NCBI GenBank assembly: GCA_965221775.1
Contig: CBDCSU010000004.1
Location: 256,001-320,000 of the forward strand
DNA: 64,000 nt
Origin: Candidatus Latescibacterota bacterium
GTDB taxonomy: Bacteria > Latescibacterota > UBA2968 > UBA8231
Direction: 5' to 3'
The translations under genes were made by a program, and so were the position numbers. The notes beneath the pieces are model-generated. The model saw nothing but the letters and a program-made list of their open reading frames with translations, had not been told where the DNA came from and made no database searches. This document shows, piece by piece, positions 54,972-64,000 of this stretch; position 1 is the first letter of the stretch; each line of letters begins with the position of its first letter.

Positions 54972-55805
54972 ATGATGATCATCGATCCCCATACCCATGT
55001 CTGGGTCAACGACCCACGCTTCCCCTGGCCCGCAGAGAACCCGTCTCCCCCCGCCGAGGACCGCACCGCCGAGATGCTCCTCGAGCAGATGGCCGCCCAC
55101 GGCGTGGAGAAGACGGTGCTGGTGCAGGTAATCCACTACCGCTGGGACAACCGCTACGTCGTCGACGTCATCGGACGCTATCCCGACAAGTTCATGGCCG
55201 TGGGCCGCATCAACCCGGAGGACCCGGCGGCGGCGGACCACCTGAGCGAGTGGACGGAGCAGGGCGTGCACGGCGTCCGCCTGAGCCCCTCCGTCGACTC
55301 CTCGGGCGACTGGTTCGCCGACCCTGCGCGGATGAATCCCATCTTCGCCCGGGCCGAGTCCCTCGGAGTGCCCCTGCTGCTGTTGACGCGGCCGCCTCGG
55401 CTGCGCGATCTGGTGCCCCTCCTCGACCGCCACCCGGACCTCGACGTCGTCATCGACCACATGTCCGACGTCCACCCCGACGACGCCGAGGGACGCCGGC
55501 TCCTGACCGATCTCGCGAGATACGAGCGGGTCTACGTGAAGATCAGCCACACCTGGTCGACGTCGGGAGAGGGGTTTCCCTGGGCCGACACCCACGGGCT
55601 GGTGGAGGAGGTCTACCAGACCTTCGGAGCACAGCGCATCATGTGGGGCACCGACTGGCCGGTCTGCCTGAGCAAGGCGGAGTACGGCCAGACCCTGGCG
55701 GTGGTCCGCGACCACTTCAGTGCCTTCATCGCCCCCGAGGACATGGAGTGGGTCCTCGGGAGGACGGTCCTGAGGCTGTGGCCCTTCGAGGAGAGGGGGA
55801 GCTGA
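54972..55805 (+). CDS. Amidohydrolase_2 family protein (lactonase-like)
   Basis: IIDPHTHVW, VVIDHM, YVKIS and MWGTDWP. Confidence 0.87.
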   Translation: MMIIDPHTHVWVNDPRFPWPAENPSPPAEDRTAEMLLEQMAAHGVEKTVLVQVIHYRWDNRYVVDVIGRYPDKFMAVGRINPEDPAAADHLSEWTEQGVHGVRLSPSVDSSGDWFADPARMNPIFARAESLGVPLLLLTRPPRLRDLVPLLDRHPDLDVVIDHMSDVHPDDAEGRRLLTDLARYERVYVKISHTWSTSGEGFPWADTHGLVEEVYQTFGAQRIMWGTDWPVCLSKAEYGQTLAVVRDHFSAFIAPEDMEWVLGRTVLRLWPFEERGS

Positions 55806-55807
55806 GC

Positions 55808-56677
55808 ATGCTCAGGGTCGGAATGGTGGGCGCCGAGAACAGCCACACCCTGGCCATCGCCAAGGTCCTCAACGTGGACAAGCGCCTCCGGGGCGTGCGC
55901 GCCACCCACGTCTGGGGAGAGAGCCGCCGGTTCGCCAGGGAAGCGGCGGAGGCCGGGCAGATCCCGCGGATCGTCTCCCGTCCGGAGGAGATGATCGGGG
56001 AGGTCGATGGCATCGTCGTGGACCACCGCCACGGCAAGTTCCATCTGCCGGCGGCCCGACCCTTCCTCGAGACGCGGGTGCCCATGTTCATCGACAAGCC
56101 GTTCTGCTACCGGCGGGCCGAAGGCCGCAAGTTCCTCGCCCGGGCCCGCGAGCTCGAGGTGCCGGTCTGCTCGTTCTCGACCCTGCCCAAGCAGAAGGCC
56201 TTCCGCGATCTGAAGCGGGTCGTCTCCAGGCTGGGGCAGATCCACACGGTGATCTCCACCGGCCCCTGCGACATCCGCTCCAAGTGGGGCGGCATCTTCT
56301 TCTACGGCATCCATCAGGTCGACCTGATCCTCCGTCTCGCCGGCTACGACTTCTACCGGGTGCAGATGGTCAAGGGCGCGGGCGCCAACCACAGCGCCAG
56401 CATCCTCTTCCGCTCGGGCACGGTGGCGACGATGAACCTCATCGGCCAAGGCCGGCCCGAGTTCCACCTCTCCGTGATCGGGGAGGGTGGCCGGGTGGAC
56501 CAGCCGATCCCCATGGACGAGAGCCCCTACCTGACCGGCGTCCGCGACTTCGTGCGCATGTTCAGGACGGGCGAGACGGAGGAGACCGAGCAGACCATGC
56601 TCGGCCCCGTGGCCGTGCTCGAGTCGCTGGAGAAGTCGGTGGCCAAGCCTTTCGCACGCGTGGGAGCCGGCGTCTGA
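55808..56677 (+). CDS. Gfo/Idh/MocA family oxidoreductase
   Basis: RVGMVG.ENSH, FIDKP and FYGIH. Confidence 0.75.
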   Translation: MLRVGMVGAENSHTLAIAKVLNVDKRLRGVRATHVWGESRRFAREAAEAGQIPRIVSRPEEMIGEVDGIVVDHRHGKFHLPAARPFLETRVPMFIDKPFCYRRAEGRKFLARARELEVPVCSFSTLPKQKAFRDLKRVVSRLGQIHTVISTGPCDIRSKWGGIFFYGIHQVDLILRLAGYDFYRVQMVKGAGANHSASILFRSGTVATMNLIGQGRPEFHLSVIGEGGRVDQPIPMDESPYLTGVRDFVRMFRTGETEETEQTMLGPVAVLESLEKSVAKPFARVGAGV

Positions 56678-56690
56678 GCCGGCCAAGGCC

Positions 56691-57824
56691 ATGTCGGACT
56701 GGCAACTGAGGTCTGCGCAGGAGACGCGCTACGACGCCGTCTCCCTCGGCGAGGTCCTGATGCGGATCGATCCCGGCGACGTGCCCACGGCGCGGGCGCG
56801 GACGGCGCGCATCTGGCACGGCGGCGGAGAGACCAACGTCACCGAGGGGCTGAGCTACTGCTTCGGTCTGCGCACCGCCGTGGTCACCGCCCTCGTGGAC
56901 GACGGCATCGGCCGCAACATCGAGAACCAGCTGCGCGAGGCCGGCATCGACACGGGCCACATCATCTGGTTCAGCCCCTCGGGCAAGGGGGAGCATTCCA
57001 CCGACGGCAAGGGCACCCTGCACAACGGCATCAACTTCACCTGGGCGGGCAAGGGGGTGCTGCCGTCGGTGACCGAGTACTACCGCGCCCACACCCCGGT
57101 CCGCGAGATCGGCCCCGGCGACGTGGACTGGGACCACCTCTTCGGCCAGCTGGGAACGCGCTGGTTCAGCACCGGCGGCATCTATACCCTGCTGTCGGGC
57201 AAGACGGCCGACCTGGCGCTGGAGGCGATGACCCGGGCCGGGGAGCACGGCGCCGGACGCTCCTTCGACCTCAACTACCGCTCGAAGGTGGAGCCCGACA
57301 AGGACCGAGCCCGCCGGATCAACCGCGGCATCGTGCCCCACGTCGACTTCCTGGTGGGCAACCAGGACGACTTCGACGACGCCCTCGGGTACGAGACCGA
57401 GTCCGTCGACAAGGAGGCCCCTTTCGACGAGTGGCTGGAGATCTACACCGGCATGCTCCGGCAGGTGTCGAAGGACTACCCGAACCTGCGGTACATCGGC
57501 ACCCAGCTTCGCGGAGCCCTGTCCGCGGACCGGATCAACTGGGGCGCCGTCCTCTACGAGGTCGGGAGCGACACCGTGCACCAGGCGGCGGTGCGGACGG
57601 ACGTGGAGATCGCCGACCGCACCGGCGGGGGCGACTCCTTCGCCTCCGGCGTGATCGCGGCGCTGCTGAAGGGGCGGCCTCCCGCCGAGGCCGTGCAGTG
57701 GGGCGCCGCCCACGGCATCCTCGTGCAGGAGACGGTGGGGGATACCTCCATGGTCACGCAGGCGGAGGTGGAGAAGGAGGTCGACCGGGCGCTGAAGGGC
57801 GGAGGGGTATCGGCGCTGCGGTGA
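56691..57824 (+). CDS. PfkB family sugar kinase (2-keto-3-deoxygluconate kinase-like)
   Basis: LGEVLMR, GGGETNV, SFDLNYR and DRTGGGDSF. Confidence 0.87.
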   Translation: MSDWQLRSAQETRYDAVSLGEVLMRIDPGDVPTARARTARIWHGGGETNVTEGLSYCFGLRTAVVTALVDDGIGRNIENQLREAGIDTGHIIWFSPSGKGEHSTDGKGTLHNGINFTWAGKGVLPSVTEYYRAHTPVREIGPGDVDWDHLFGQLGTRWFSTGGIYTLLSGKTADLALEAMTRAGEHGAGRSFDLNYRSKVEPDKDRARRINRGIVPHVDFLVGNQDDFDDALGYETESVDKEAPFDEWLEIYTGMLRQVSKDYPNLRYIGTQLRGALSADRINWGAVLYEVGSDTVHQAAVRTDVEIADRTGGGDSFASGVIAALLKGRPPAEAVQWGAAHGILVQETVGDTSMVTQAEVEKEVDRALKGGGVSALR

Positions 57825-57903
57825 CCGGCAGCGGGCCCACCCCCGCCCGCCGCAGGGTCTGGCGAAGGGGGCCGCGCATCCCGGCTCTTCGCCCGCTCCA
57901 CCG

Positions 57904-59127
57904 ATGAGCGACAGGGGATACGAAGGCTGGCGGCGCAACTTCTACACCCTCTGGGCGGCGGAGCTGACGGCGATCATCGGCTTTCAGGCGATGCAGCCCT
58001 TCCTGCCCTACTACATCCAGGAATTCGATGTCGAGGACCTGACCGAGGCCTTGGTATGGGCTGGCCGCATGGGCACCTCCGCGGGCCTGGCCATGGCGGT
58101 CTCGGCGCCGATCTGGGGAACCCTCGCCGACCGCCACGGCCGCAAGCCGATGGTCGTGCGCTCCATGCTCGGCGGCGGCCTCTGCGTGGTCCTCATGGCC
58201 TACGTGCCCAGCGTCGAGTGGCTCCTCCTCGCGCGGGTCCTCCAGGGCGTCCTCGCCGGCACCGTCACCGCCTGCCTGACCCTGGTCTCCACGTCGACGC
58301 CGCGTTCCCACCTCGCCTTCGCCCTCGGCCTGATGCAGGGCGCCTTCATGCTCGGCGCCTCGGTGGGCCCCCTCATCGGCGGGCCGATGATCGAGGCCTT
58401 CGGCTACCGCAACTGCTTCCTCGTCTCGGGCGGTCTCGTCGTCCTGGCGGGGCTATGCGTCCAGCTGCGGGTGCGCGAGGACTTCAGCCGCTCGCGGTCG
58501 CTGGAGAGCTCCTCGCGCTACCGGCTGCCCGGGCGGGACATGGTTCGGCTCCTCTCGATGCGGCCTTTTCTGGTGCTTGTGGCGACGGTCACCTCCATGT
58601 CCTTCGCCTTCGGCTTCATCATGCCCGTGGTGCCCCTCTTCCTGCAACGTCTGGCGGAGGGGCGGGACATCCTCTCCCTGGCCGGCTTGATCTTCGGTCT
58701 GGCGGGGCTCGTGGGGGCCGTCTCCTCCGCCGTCATGGGCCGGTTCTCCGACCGCCTCGGCCCGCGGCGGGTGCTGGTGGGCGGTCTCTGGGCTGCGGGC
58801 GTCCTCTACCTCGGCCAGGGTTTCTCGACCACCGTATGGGCTCTCGGGATGCTGGTGATCCTCAACGGCGTGGCCACGGGATCGGTGCGGCCCGTGGCCA
58901 ACGCGGTGCTGACGCGGATCATCGATGAGGAGGACCGGGGCAAGGCCTTCGGGGTCATGTCGAGCATGGCCGCCCTGGGCTGGGCCCTCGGACCTCTCGC
59001 CGGCAGCTACCTGGGTGCGGAGTTGGGCTTCCGCTCGGTCTTCTACACGACCTCCGTGCTCTTCCTCATCGTCGGCGGCTGGGTCGGTCTGGCCACGAGC
59101 CGCGACCGGAAAGGATGGAACCGATGA
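57904..59127 (+). CDS. MFS transporter (DHA1/MdtG-like)
   Basis: WGTLADRHGRKPM, RVLQG and GRFSDRLG; 12 TM segments. Confidence 0.88.
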   Translation: MSDRGYEGWRRNFYTLWAAELTAIIGFQAMQPFLPYYIQEFDVEDLTEALVWAGRMGTSAGLAMAVSAPIWGTLADRHGRKPMVVRSMLGGGLCVVLMAYVPSVEWLLLARVLQGVLAGTVTACLTLVSTSTPRSHLAFALGLMQGAFMLGASVGPLIGGPMIEAFGYRNCFLVSGGLVVLAGLCVQLRVREDFSRSRSLESSSRYRLPGRDMVRLLSMRPFLVLVATVTSMSFAFGFIMPVVPLFLQRLAEGRDILSLAGLIFGLAGLVGAVSSAVMGRFSDRLGPRRVLVGGLWAAGVLYLGQGFSTTVWALGMLVILNGVATGSVRPVANAVLTRIIDEEDRGKAFGVMSSMAALGWALGPLAGSYLGAELGFRSVFYTTSVLFLIVGGWVGLATSRDRKGWNR

Positions 59128-60134
59128 CCCGGCCCAGAGTGCTGGTCGACGCCGGACCCTACGCCACCGACCCGGACTGGAAGCGACTGGAGGAAGCCGC
59201 AGATGTGGTGCGGGTCACCGAGGAGCGCGACGAGGCCGGCTTGATCGCGGACCTGGCCGGATGCGCGGGGTTGATCACCCAGGGCGGGCGCCTGCCGCCG
59301 CTCACGGAGACCCTCTTCCGCGCCTGTCCGGAGTTGCGCATCGTCGGTGTGCGGGGGGACCGGTTCGGTACCGGCGTCGACCTGCCGGCTGCCCGCGAGC
59401 ACGGCATTCGCGTCGTCGACACGGACAACATCGCTTCCGCCCCGCCCGTGGCCGAGTGGGACCTGGCGATGATGCTGATCTGCCTGCGCAACGCCGGCGC
59501 CGTGTACCGGCAGATGATGGCCGGTACCGAGACCTGGGCCGTGGCCGGCAACCAGGACTTCGTCCACGGCGAGCTGACCGGCAAGCGGGTCGGCCTCGTC
59601 GGCTGCGGACACGTCGGTCAGCGCCTGATCGAGCTGCTGGCGCCCTTCCGCGTCGATCTGCGGGTGAGCGACCCCTACCTGGAGGAGGAGGTCGCCGAGG
59701 GACTGGGAGTCCGCCGGGGCCGCCTCGAGGAGGTCCTGGACCACGCCGAGATCCTCGTGGTGCAGGTGCCGCACACACCGAGGACGGAAGGCCTCATCGG
59801 CGCCGCCGAGCTGGAGCGCCTGGGCGACGGCGGGATCCTGGTCAACTGCAGCCGCGGCAAGGTGATCGACCACCAGGCCCTGGTGGCGCGGCTGCAGGCC
59901 GGGCGGCTGATCGCCGGCCTCGACGTCTTCGACCCGGAGCCCCTGCCCGCCGACAGCGTCCTGCGCCGCCTGCCGAACGTGTTCTGCACCCCCCACATCG
60001 CCTGGTACGCGCCCCACGTCTTCCACCGCTACTTCGGCAGCCTCGTGGACGAGTTCGTCCGCTTCTTCAACGGGGATGAGCTGCGCTACGAGCTGACCCA
60101 GCGGATGGTGGACATCCGCCACGGCCGGATGTAG
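59124..60134 (+). CDS. D-isomer-specific 2-hydroxyacid dehydrogenase
   Basis: VGCGHVG, VNCSRG, LDVFDPEP and TPHIA. Confidence 0.88.
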   Translation: MTRPRVLVDAGPYATDPDWKRLEEAADVVRVTEERDEAGLIADLAGCAGLITQGGRLPPLTETLFRACPELRIVGVRGDRFGTGVDLPAAREHGIRVVDTDNIASAPPVAEWDLAMMLICLRNAGAVYRQMMAGTETWAVAGNQDFVHGELTGKRVGLVGCGHVGQRLIELLAPFRVDLRVSDPYLEEEVAEGLGVRRGRLEEVLDHAEILVVQVPHTPRTEGLIGAAELERLGDGGILVNCSRGKVIDHQALVARLQAGRLIAGLDVFDPEPLPADSVLRRLPNVFCTPHIAWYAPHVFHRYFGSLVDEFVRFFNGDELRYELTQRMVDIRHGRM

Positions 60135-60145
60135 CACCCGGGTAC

Positions 60146-60190
60146 AAGAAGAAGGGGAGGTGCGCCCCGGGCTTCCGGGAGCACCTCCCC
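60146..60190 (-). terminator. Intrinsic terminator of the minus-strand dehydrogenase (possibly bidirectional)
   Basis: Stem GGGGAGGTGC...GCACCTCCCC followed by TTCTTCTT on the minus strand. Confidence 0.65.
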
Positions 60191-60266
60191 CCGATGACGT
60201 CGGGATCGACATCCGGGACTCCATCGCGCCGTGGCCTGCGCGACGGGCGCAACGCTGACCCGCGGC

Positions 60267-61226
60267 TCAGCTCTTCTTCGCCTTGGCCTTGGCGGCCTTG
60301 CGCTTGCTGGCGGCCTTGGACCTGGCCAGCGCACGGCCGGGGAAGGTCAGTTCGGCGACGCCGGACTTGTCGAGCTCGCCCTTGCCCAAGTCGATCATGC
60401 GGGCGAACTGGGCCTTCGTCCGGCGCGCCAGCGGAAGGTCGAGGCCCTTCTGCCGGGCAAGACCCAGGGCGATGCCGGAGTCCTTGGCCGCATGGGCGGC
60501 GGAGAAGTAGCACTCGTGGTCGCGGGCGACCATGTCCTCGCCGTCCGTCTCCAGGACCCGCGAGTTGGCGCCGGTCTGGGAGAACACCTCCATCAGCACC
60601 TCCAGGTCGAGGCCCAGGGCCTTGCCGAGGCCCAGCCCTTCAGCGAGTCCGGCGGTGTTGATGTTCATCACCATGTTGACCAGGGCCTTCACCTGGGCCG
60701 CCTTGCCGGTGGAGCCGATGTAGCGCAGATCGACGCTCATGCTGTCGAGGAGAGGCTTGCAGCGCTCGAAGACGGCCTTCGGGCCGCCGCACATCAGGTA
60801 CAGGGTCCCTTCGCGCGCCTGGGTGATGGAGCTGGCCATGCAGCCTTCGAGGCTGCGGGCGCCGGCCTTGGAGGCCCGCTTCTCCACCAGCACGTGCGTG
60901 TCGGGGGTGATGGTGGCGCAGTTGATGAAGGTCTTGCCCTCTGCGCCCTGGAGGAGACTGTCGCCGCGCTCGGCGAAGATCGACTTCATGGAGCGGTCGT
61001 CGGTGACCACGGTGATGATGTAGTCGGCCCCTGCCGTGACCTCCGCCAGCGTCCCGGCGGCCTTGGCCCCCAGCTCTCTTGCGAGGGAGGCCGCCAGCTT
61101 CGCGTTGACGTCGTGGACGGTGGTGACGGGGAAGCCGTCATCCTTCAGGTGGCGGGCGATGTTGGCGCCCATGCGGCCGACTCCGACGACTCCCACGGAG
61201 TAGTCGGCTTTCCTGATGCTTGGCAT
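60267..61226 (-). CDS. Beta-hydroxyacid dehydrogenase (3-hydroxyisobutyrate/tartronate semialdehyde reductase family)
   Basis: VGVGRMG, catalytic K in VKALVN, AKDSGIA; Lys/Ala-rich C-terminal tail; ATG at 61226. Confidence 0.87.
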   Translation of the reverse strand: MPSIRKADYSVGVVGVGRMGANIARHLKDDGFPVTTVHDVNAKLAASLARELGAKAAGTLAEVTAGADYIITVVTDDRSMKSIFAERGDSLLQGAEGKTFINCATITPDTHVLVEKRASKAGARSLEGCMASSITQAREGTLYLMCGGPKAVFERCKPLLDSMSVDLRYIGSTGKAAQVKALVNMVMNINTAGLAEGLGLGKALGLDLEVLMEVFSQTGANSRVLETDGEDMVARDHECYFSAAHAAKDSGIALGLARQKGLDLPLARRTKAQFARMIDLGKGELDKSGVAELTFPGRALARSKAASKRKAAKAKAKKS

Positions 61227-61395
61227 CTGGCGGCTCCTGGCTGCAACAGGTGCGGTGAAGGGGTCGGAGGGCCGGGAAGATAGCCCGCCTTCCCAGGGGG
61301 CACAACGAGAAGCTCCGGTCGTCCGGAGCTCCGGAAATCTGGACACCTTCACACCTCCCCGATTACCTTTGCCCTCCCTCCACCGGGAGTCACGC

Positions 61396-62190
61396 GTGAG
61401 AATCGGACCTACCCAGATCATCCTGCCCGGCATGAGCCTCGATGACACCCTGGCCCTGTGCGTCGAGGCCGGGTACGACGCCGTAGAGCTCACCTTCACC
61501 GCCTCGGGCAAGGACCTCAACGTCGAGATGAGCGACGACGAGCTCCAGACGGTGTCGAGACGTTGCCGGGAGGCGGGGGTGACCATCGCCGCTTCGATCG
61601 CGCACTACGCCGAGCGCGGCAACCTGATGAGCCGCGACCCCACCGAGCGCCGGGCCTGCAGCCGCTGCCTGGCCCGCTCCGTGGAGATCGCCGGCCGGAT
61701 CGGCACCGACGCCGTGCTCCTGCACCCGGGACAGCTCGAGGCGGAAGGGACCTACGCCCAGGCCTGGGACGATCTCGTGGGCGCCTTGCGGGAGCTGGCG
61801 CCGCTGGCCGAGGGGCACCGGGCGGCGATCGCCGTCGAGAACGTGTGGAACAAGTTCATGCTGAGCCCGCGCGAGGCGGTGCAGCTCACCGACGAAGTCG
61901 GCAGCGACTGGGTGGGGATCTACCTCGATACGGCCAACATGATGGCCTACGGCCACCCCGAGCACTGGATCCGCGATCTCGGGAGCCGCATCCGCAAGGT
62001 GCATCTCAAGGACTTCGACCGCGGAGCAGGGCGCTTCGTCGACCTGATGGACGGCGACACCGACTGGCCGGTGGTGATCGCCGAGTTGCGCGCCGCCGGC
62101 TACGACGGCACCCTGATCCACGAGGTCGGCGGCGACCGGGCCAGGCAGATCGAGATGGCCGCGCGCATGCGCCGCATCGTCGCCGGCTGA
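61396..62190 (+). CDS. Sugar phosphate isomerase/epimerase (TIM barrel)
   Basis: AGYDAVEL, VENVWNKF, DTAN and VHLKD. Confidence 0.85.
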   Translation: MRIGPTQIILPGMSLDDTLALCVEAGYDAVELTFTASGKDLNVEMSDDELQTVSRRCREAGVTIAASIAHYAERGNLMSRDPTERRACSRCLARSVEIAGRIGTDAVLLHPGQLEAEGTYAQAWDDLVGALRELAPLAEGHRAAIAVENVWNKFMLSPREAVQLTDEVGSDWVGIYLDTANMMAYGHPEHWIRDLGSRIRKVHLKDFDRGAGRFVDLMDGDTDWPVVIAELRAAGYDGTLIHEVGGDRARQIEMAARMRRIVAG

Positions 62191-62199
62191 GAGACGGCC

Positions 62200-62928
62200 A
62201 TGAGCGGCATCTACACGAGAAACTGGCGCGACTTCCAGCCGAAGATCGCCCACCTCAGCGCCGTCCACTGGGGCGGGCTGAGGGCCGTGGAGCGGGACTC
62301 CGGGGACGAGCGCGACCGGCTCACGCGGCTGGGTGGGTTCGCCCGGCACGCCCTGCAGGGCCGCAAGACCTCCGATCACCACAAGCACGAGAGCATGGAG
62401 CAGGTCTACTACGTGCTGTCGGGCGCGGGGGAGGTCCTCTACGACGGGAGCCGCTACGCCGTCGAGGCCGGAGACGCCATCTACCTGCCCTCCGGCGTCC
62501 ATCACCAGATGTTCAACGACGGCAGCGACGACTGGCTCGAGCACCACGTGATCTCGCAGCGGGTGGACGGCAACGGCGGCCGCTTCTGCGTGCGCCACTG
62601 GCGCCAGGCCTCCCCGGACGGCGACGGCGGCGGCGCCGTGCGCTGGCGCCAGCTGGATCCCGAGGACGGCGGCGGCCCGGGGGCCTGTCTGCGCGGCATG
62701 GCCTTCATCGAGCGCTGGGCCGTGCAGCCTCACAGCGCGAGCGCCGAGCACGTGGAGGAGGAGCTGGAGCAGGTCTGCTACGTGCTCGGCGGCCGTGGAG
62801 TCCTGCATGCCTCAGGATCGGAGCACCAGATCAGCGAGGGCGACATGGCCCACCTGCCTCCGGGCACCCGCCACGCCGTGCACAATCGGCACGACGATTG
62901 GCTCACCTTCCTGGTGATGGCGGCGTGA
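62200..62928 (+). CDS. Bicupin domain protein
   Basis: HHKHESMEQVYYVLSG...GD.IYLP.GVHH, and a second EQVCYVLGG...GD..HLP.GTRH repeat. Confidence 0.82.
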   Translation: MSGIYTRNWRDFQPKIAHLSAVHWGGLRAVERDSGDERDRLTRLGGFARHALQGRKTSDHHKHESMEQVYYVLSGAGEVLYDGSRYAVEAGDAIYLPSGVHHQMFNDGSDDWLEHHVISQRVDGNGGRFCVRHWRQASPDGDGGGAVRWRQLDPEDGGGPGACLRGMAFIERWAVQPHSASAEHVEEELEQVCYVLGGRGVLHASGSEHQISEGDMAHLPPGTRHAVHNRHDDWLTFLVMAA

Positions 62929-62930
62929 GC

Positions 62931-63161
62931 ATGTCCACGGAGACGGCCGTGTTGCAGCGAACCCTCGAGAGCCTGATGGCCGCCATCCGCAGCGGCGATG
63001 GGGAGGCCCTGCGCCGGGACCTGGCCGCCGTCGACCGTCACCGCGACGCCCTGGGCGAGGACGCCCCGCCGATGCTCCGGCACTACCTCGAGAGGCGCAG
63101 CTACGAGAAGGCTCTCGCCTTTCTCGAAGGCGGTGACGAGAGCCCCGAGGCAGGGGGCTGA
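62931..63161 (+). CDS. Small hypothetical protein
   Basis: ATG two nt after the cupin stop; helical, contains LRHYLERRSYEKALAFL. Confidence 0.65.
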   Translation: MSTETAVLQRTLESLMAAIRSGDGEALRRDLAAVDRHRDALGEDAPPMLRHYLERRSYEKALAFLEGGDESPEAGG

Positions 63162-63510
63162 GCGCCTTCGAGGGGCAGCCGCCCTGGCCCCCCGCCGCAC
63201 CGCCGGATCCCGCTGGCAGGACTTCTACGAGGTCATCGCCCGCATCCCCCGGGGACGCGTGGCCACCTACGGTCAGATCGCCAGTCTGGCGGGCCACCGC
63301 GGCCATGCCCGCCAGGTCGGGTATGCCCTGGCCGCCGCACCGGATACGCCCGACCTGCCCTGGCACCGCGTCATCAACGCCCGGGGGGAGGTCTCGCCGA
63401 GGGCCCGTTCCCAGGCTCACGGGTATCAGCAGGCGCTCTTGCAGGAGGAAGGGGTGGAGTTCGTGAATGGCCGCGTCGACCTGGGGCGCTACGGCTGGGA
63501 GGGCCGGTGA
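63133..63510 (+). CDS. Alkyltransferase-like protein (ATL/YbaZ, MGMT family)
   Basis: IPRGRVATYGQIA, ARQVG and PWHRV (Trp in place of the catalytic Cys); start uncertain. Confidence 0.85.
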   Translation: MTRAPRQGAERLRGAAALAPRRTAGSRWQDFYEVIARIPRGRVATYGQIASLAGHRGHARQVGYALAAAPDTPDLPWHRVINARGEVSPRARSQAHGYQQALLQEEGVEFVNGRVDLGRYGWEGR

Positions 63511-64000
63511 GGTTCGGAATCCCGGCCGGCAGCCTGGACCGGCCGATTCTGCAGCTGGCGATCCCCGGTCTGCTCGCATCGGTTTCCGTACCCCTCATCG
63601 GCATCGCCGATACCGCCATGATCGGCCATCTCCCCGAGGTCGCTCTCCTCGGGGCGGTTGCCACGGCCAGCGTGCTTTTCGACGTCCTGTTCTGGGGCGC
63701 CGGCTTCCTGCGCATGGGGACGACTTCGATCGTCTCACAGCACCACGGCGCCGGCGACCGTTGCGGAAGCGCCGCCGCCCTCTTCCGGGCCCTGTTGCTC
63801 GCCGCCGTCATCGGCCTGCTCATCCTGACGATCCGTGGACCGGCCGCCGAGATCGGCTTTAGCCTCGTCGGTGGTTCCGAGCAGGTGCAACTGTGGGGAC
63901 GGCAGTACTTCGACATCCGTGTTCTCGGCGTGCCCCTGGTGCTGGGCACCATGGTCCTCAACGGCTTCTTCCTCGGATCGGCCAATGCCTGGGCCCCTCT
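63507..64000 (+). CDS. MATE family efflux transporter (DinF-like), 3' truncated by the window edge
   Basis: ILQLAIP...SVPLIGIADTAMIGHL and GFLRMGTT; open to the end of the window. Confidence 0.85.
   Translation, partial: MRFGIPAGSLDRPILQLAIPGLLASVSVPLIGIADTAMIGHLPEVALLGAVATASVLFDVLFWGAGFLRMGTTSIVSQHHGAGDRCGSAAALFRALLLAAVIGLLILTIRGPAAEIGFSLVGGSEQVQLWGRQYFDIRVLGVPLVLGTMVLNGFFLGSANAWAP

Overview
High-GC bacterial chromosomal segment, densely coding, with about 60 CDS and one tRNA-Asn(GTT). I found no transposase, integrase, prophage or CRISPR array. The sigma-70 factor without region 1.1 and the many sugar-acid catabolic enzymes suggest an FCB-superphylum-related lineage such as Latescibacterota or Gemmatimonadota (inference only). 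Most of the window is housekeeping or catabolic: iscU-sodA-peroxiredoxin, a KamA-family radical SAM enzyme, rny, dxr, queD, a FadN-like enzyme, a pabB-pabC fusion, panB, RNase II, and several symporter/enolase/kinase operons. The standout is an atypical phage-shock (PspA / bacterial ESCRT-III) operon at about 7.5-12.75 kb. It has a consensus sigma-54 promoter with two phased palindromic enhancer-like sites, then pspA, a membrane-anchored winged-helix-like protein and three small membrane proteins. One of these looks like a chimera from a tandem duplication across a gene junction, and one is a 48-aa ORF missing from the ORF track. The operon ends with a soluble TPR histidine kinase and a PspF-like activator that has a receiver domain and lacks the PspA-binding Trp, so this Psp system appears to be under two-component control. 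Other items of note are an AbfD-like protein without Fe-S cysteines, a long structured sigma-factor leader that hides its RBS, a tandem DUF5069-like protein, a dehydrogenase with a histone-like tail, and probable leaderless transcripts. Start codons were refined by eye, and all product calls come from motif recognition, not database searches.
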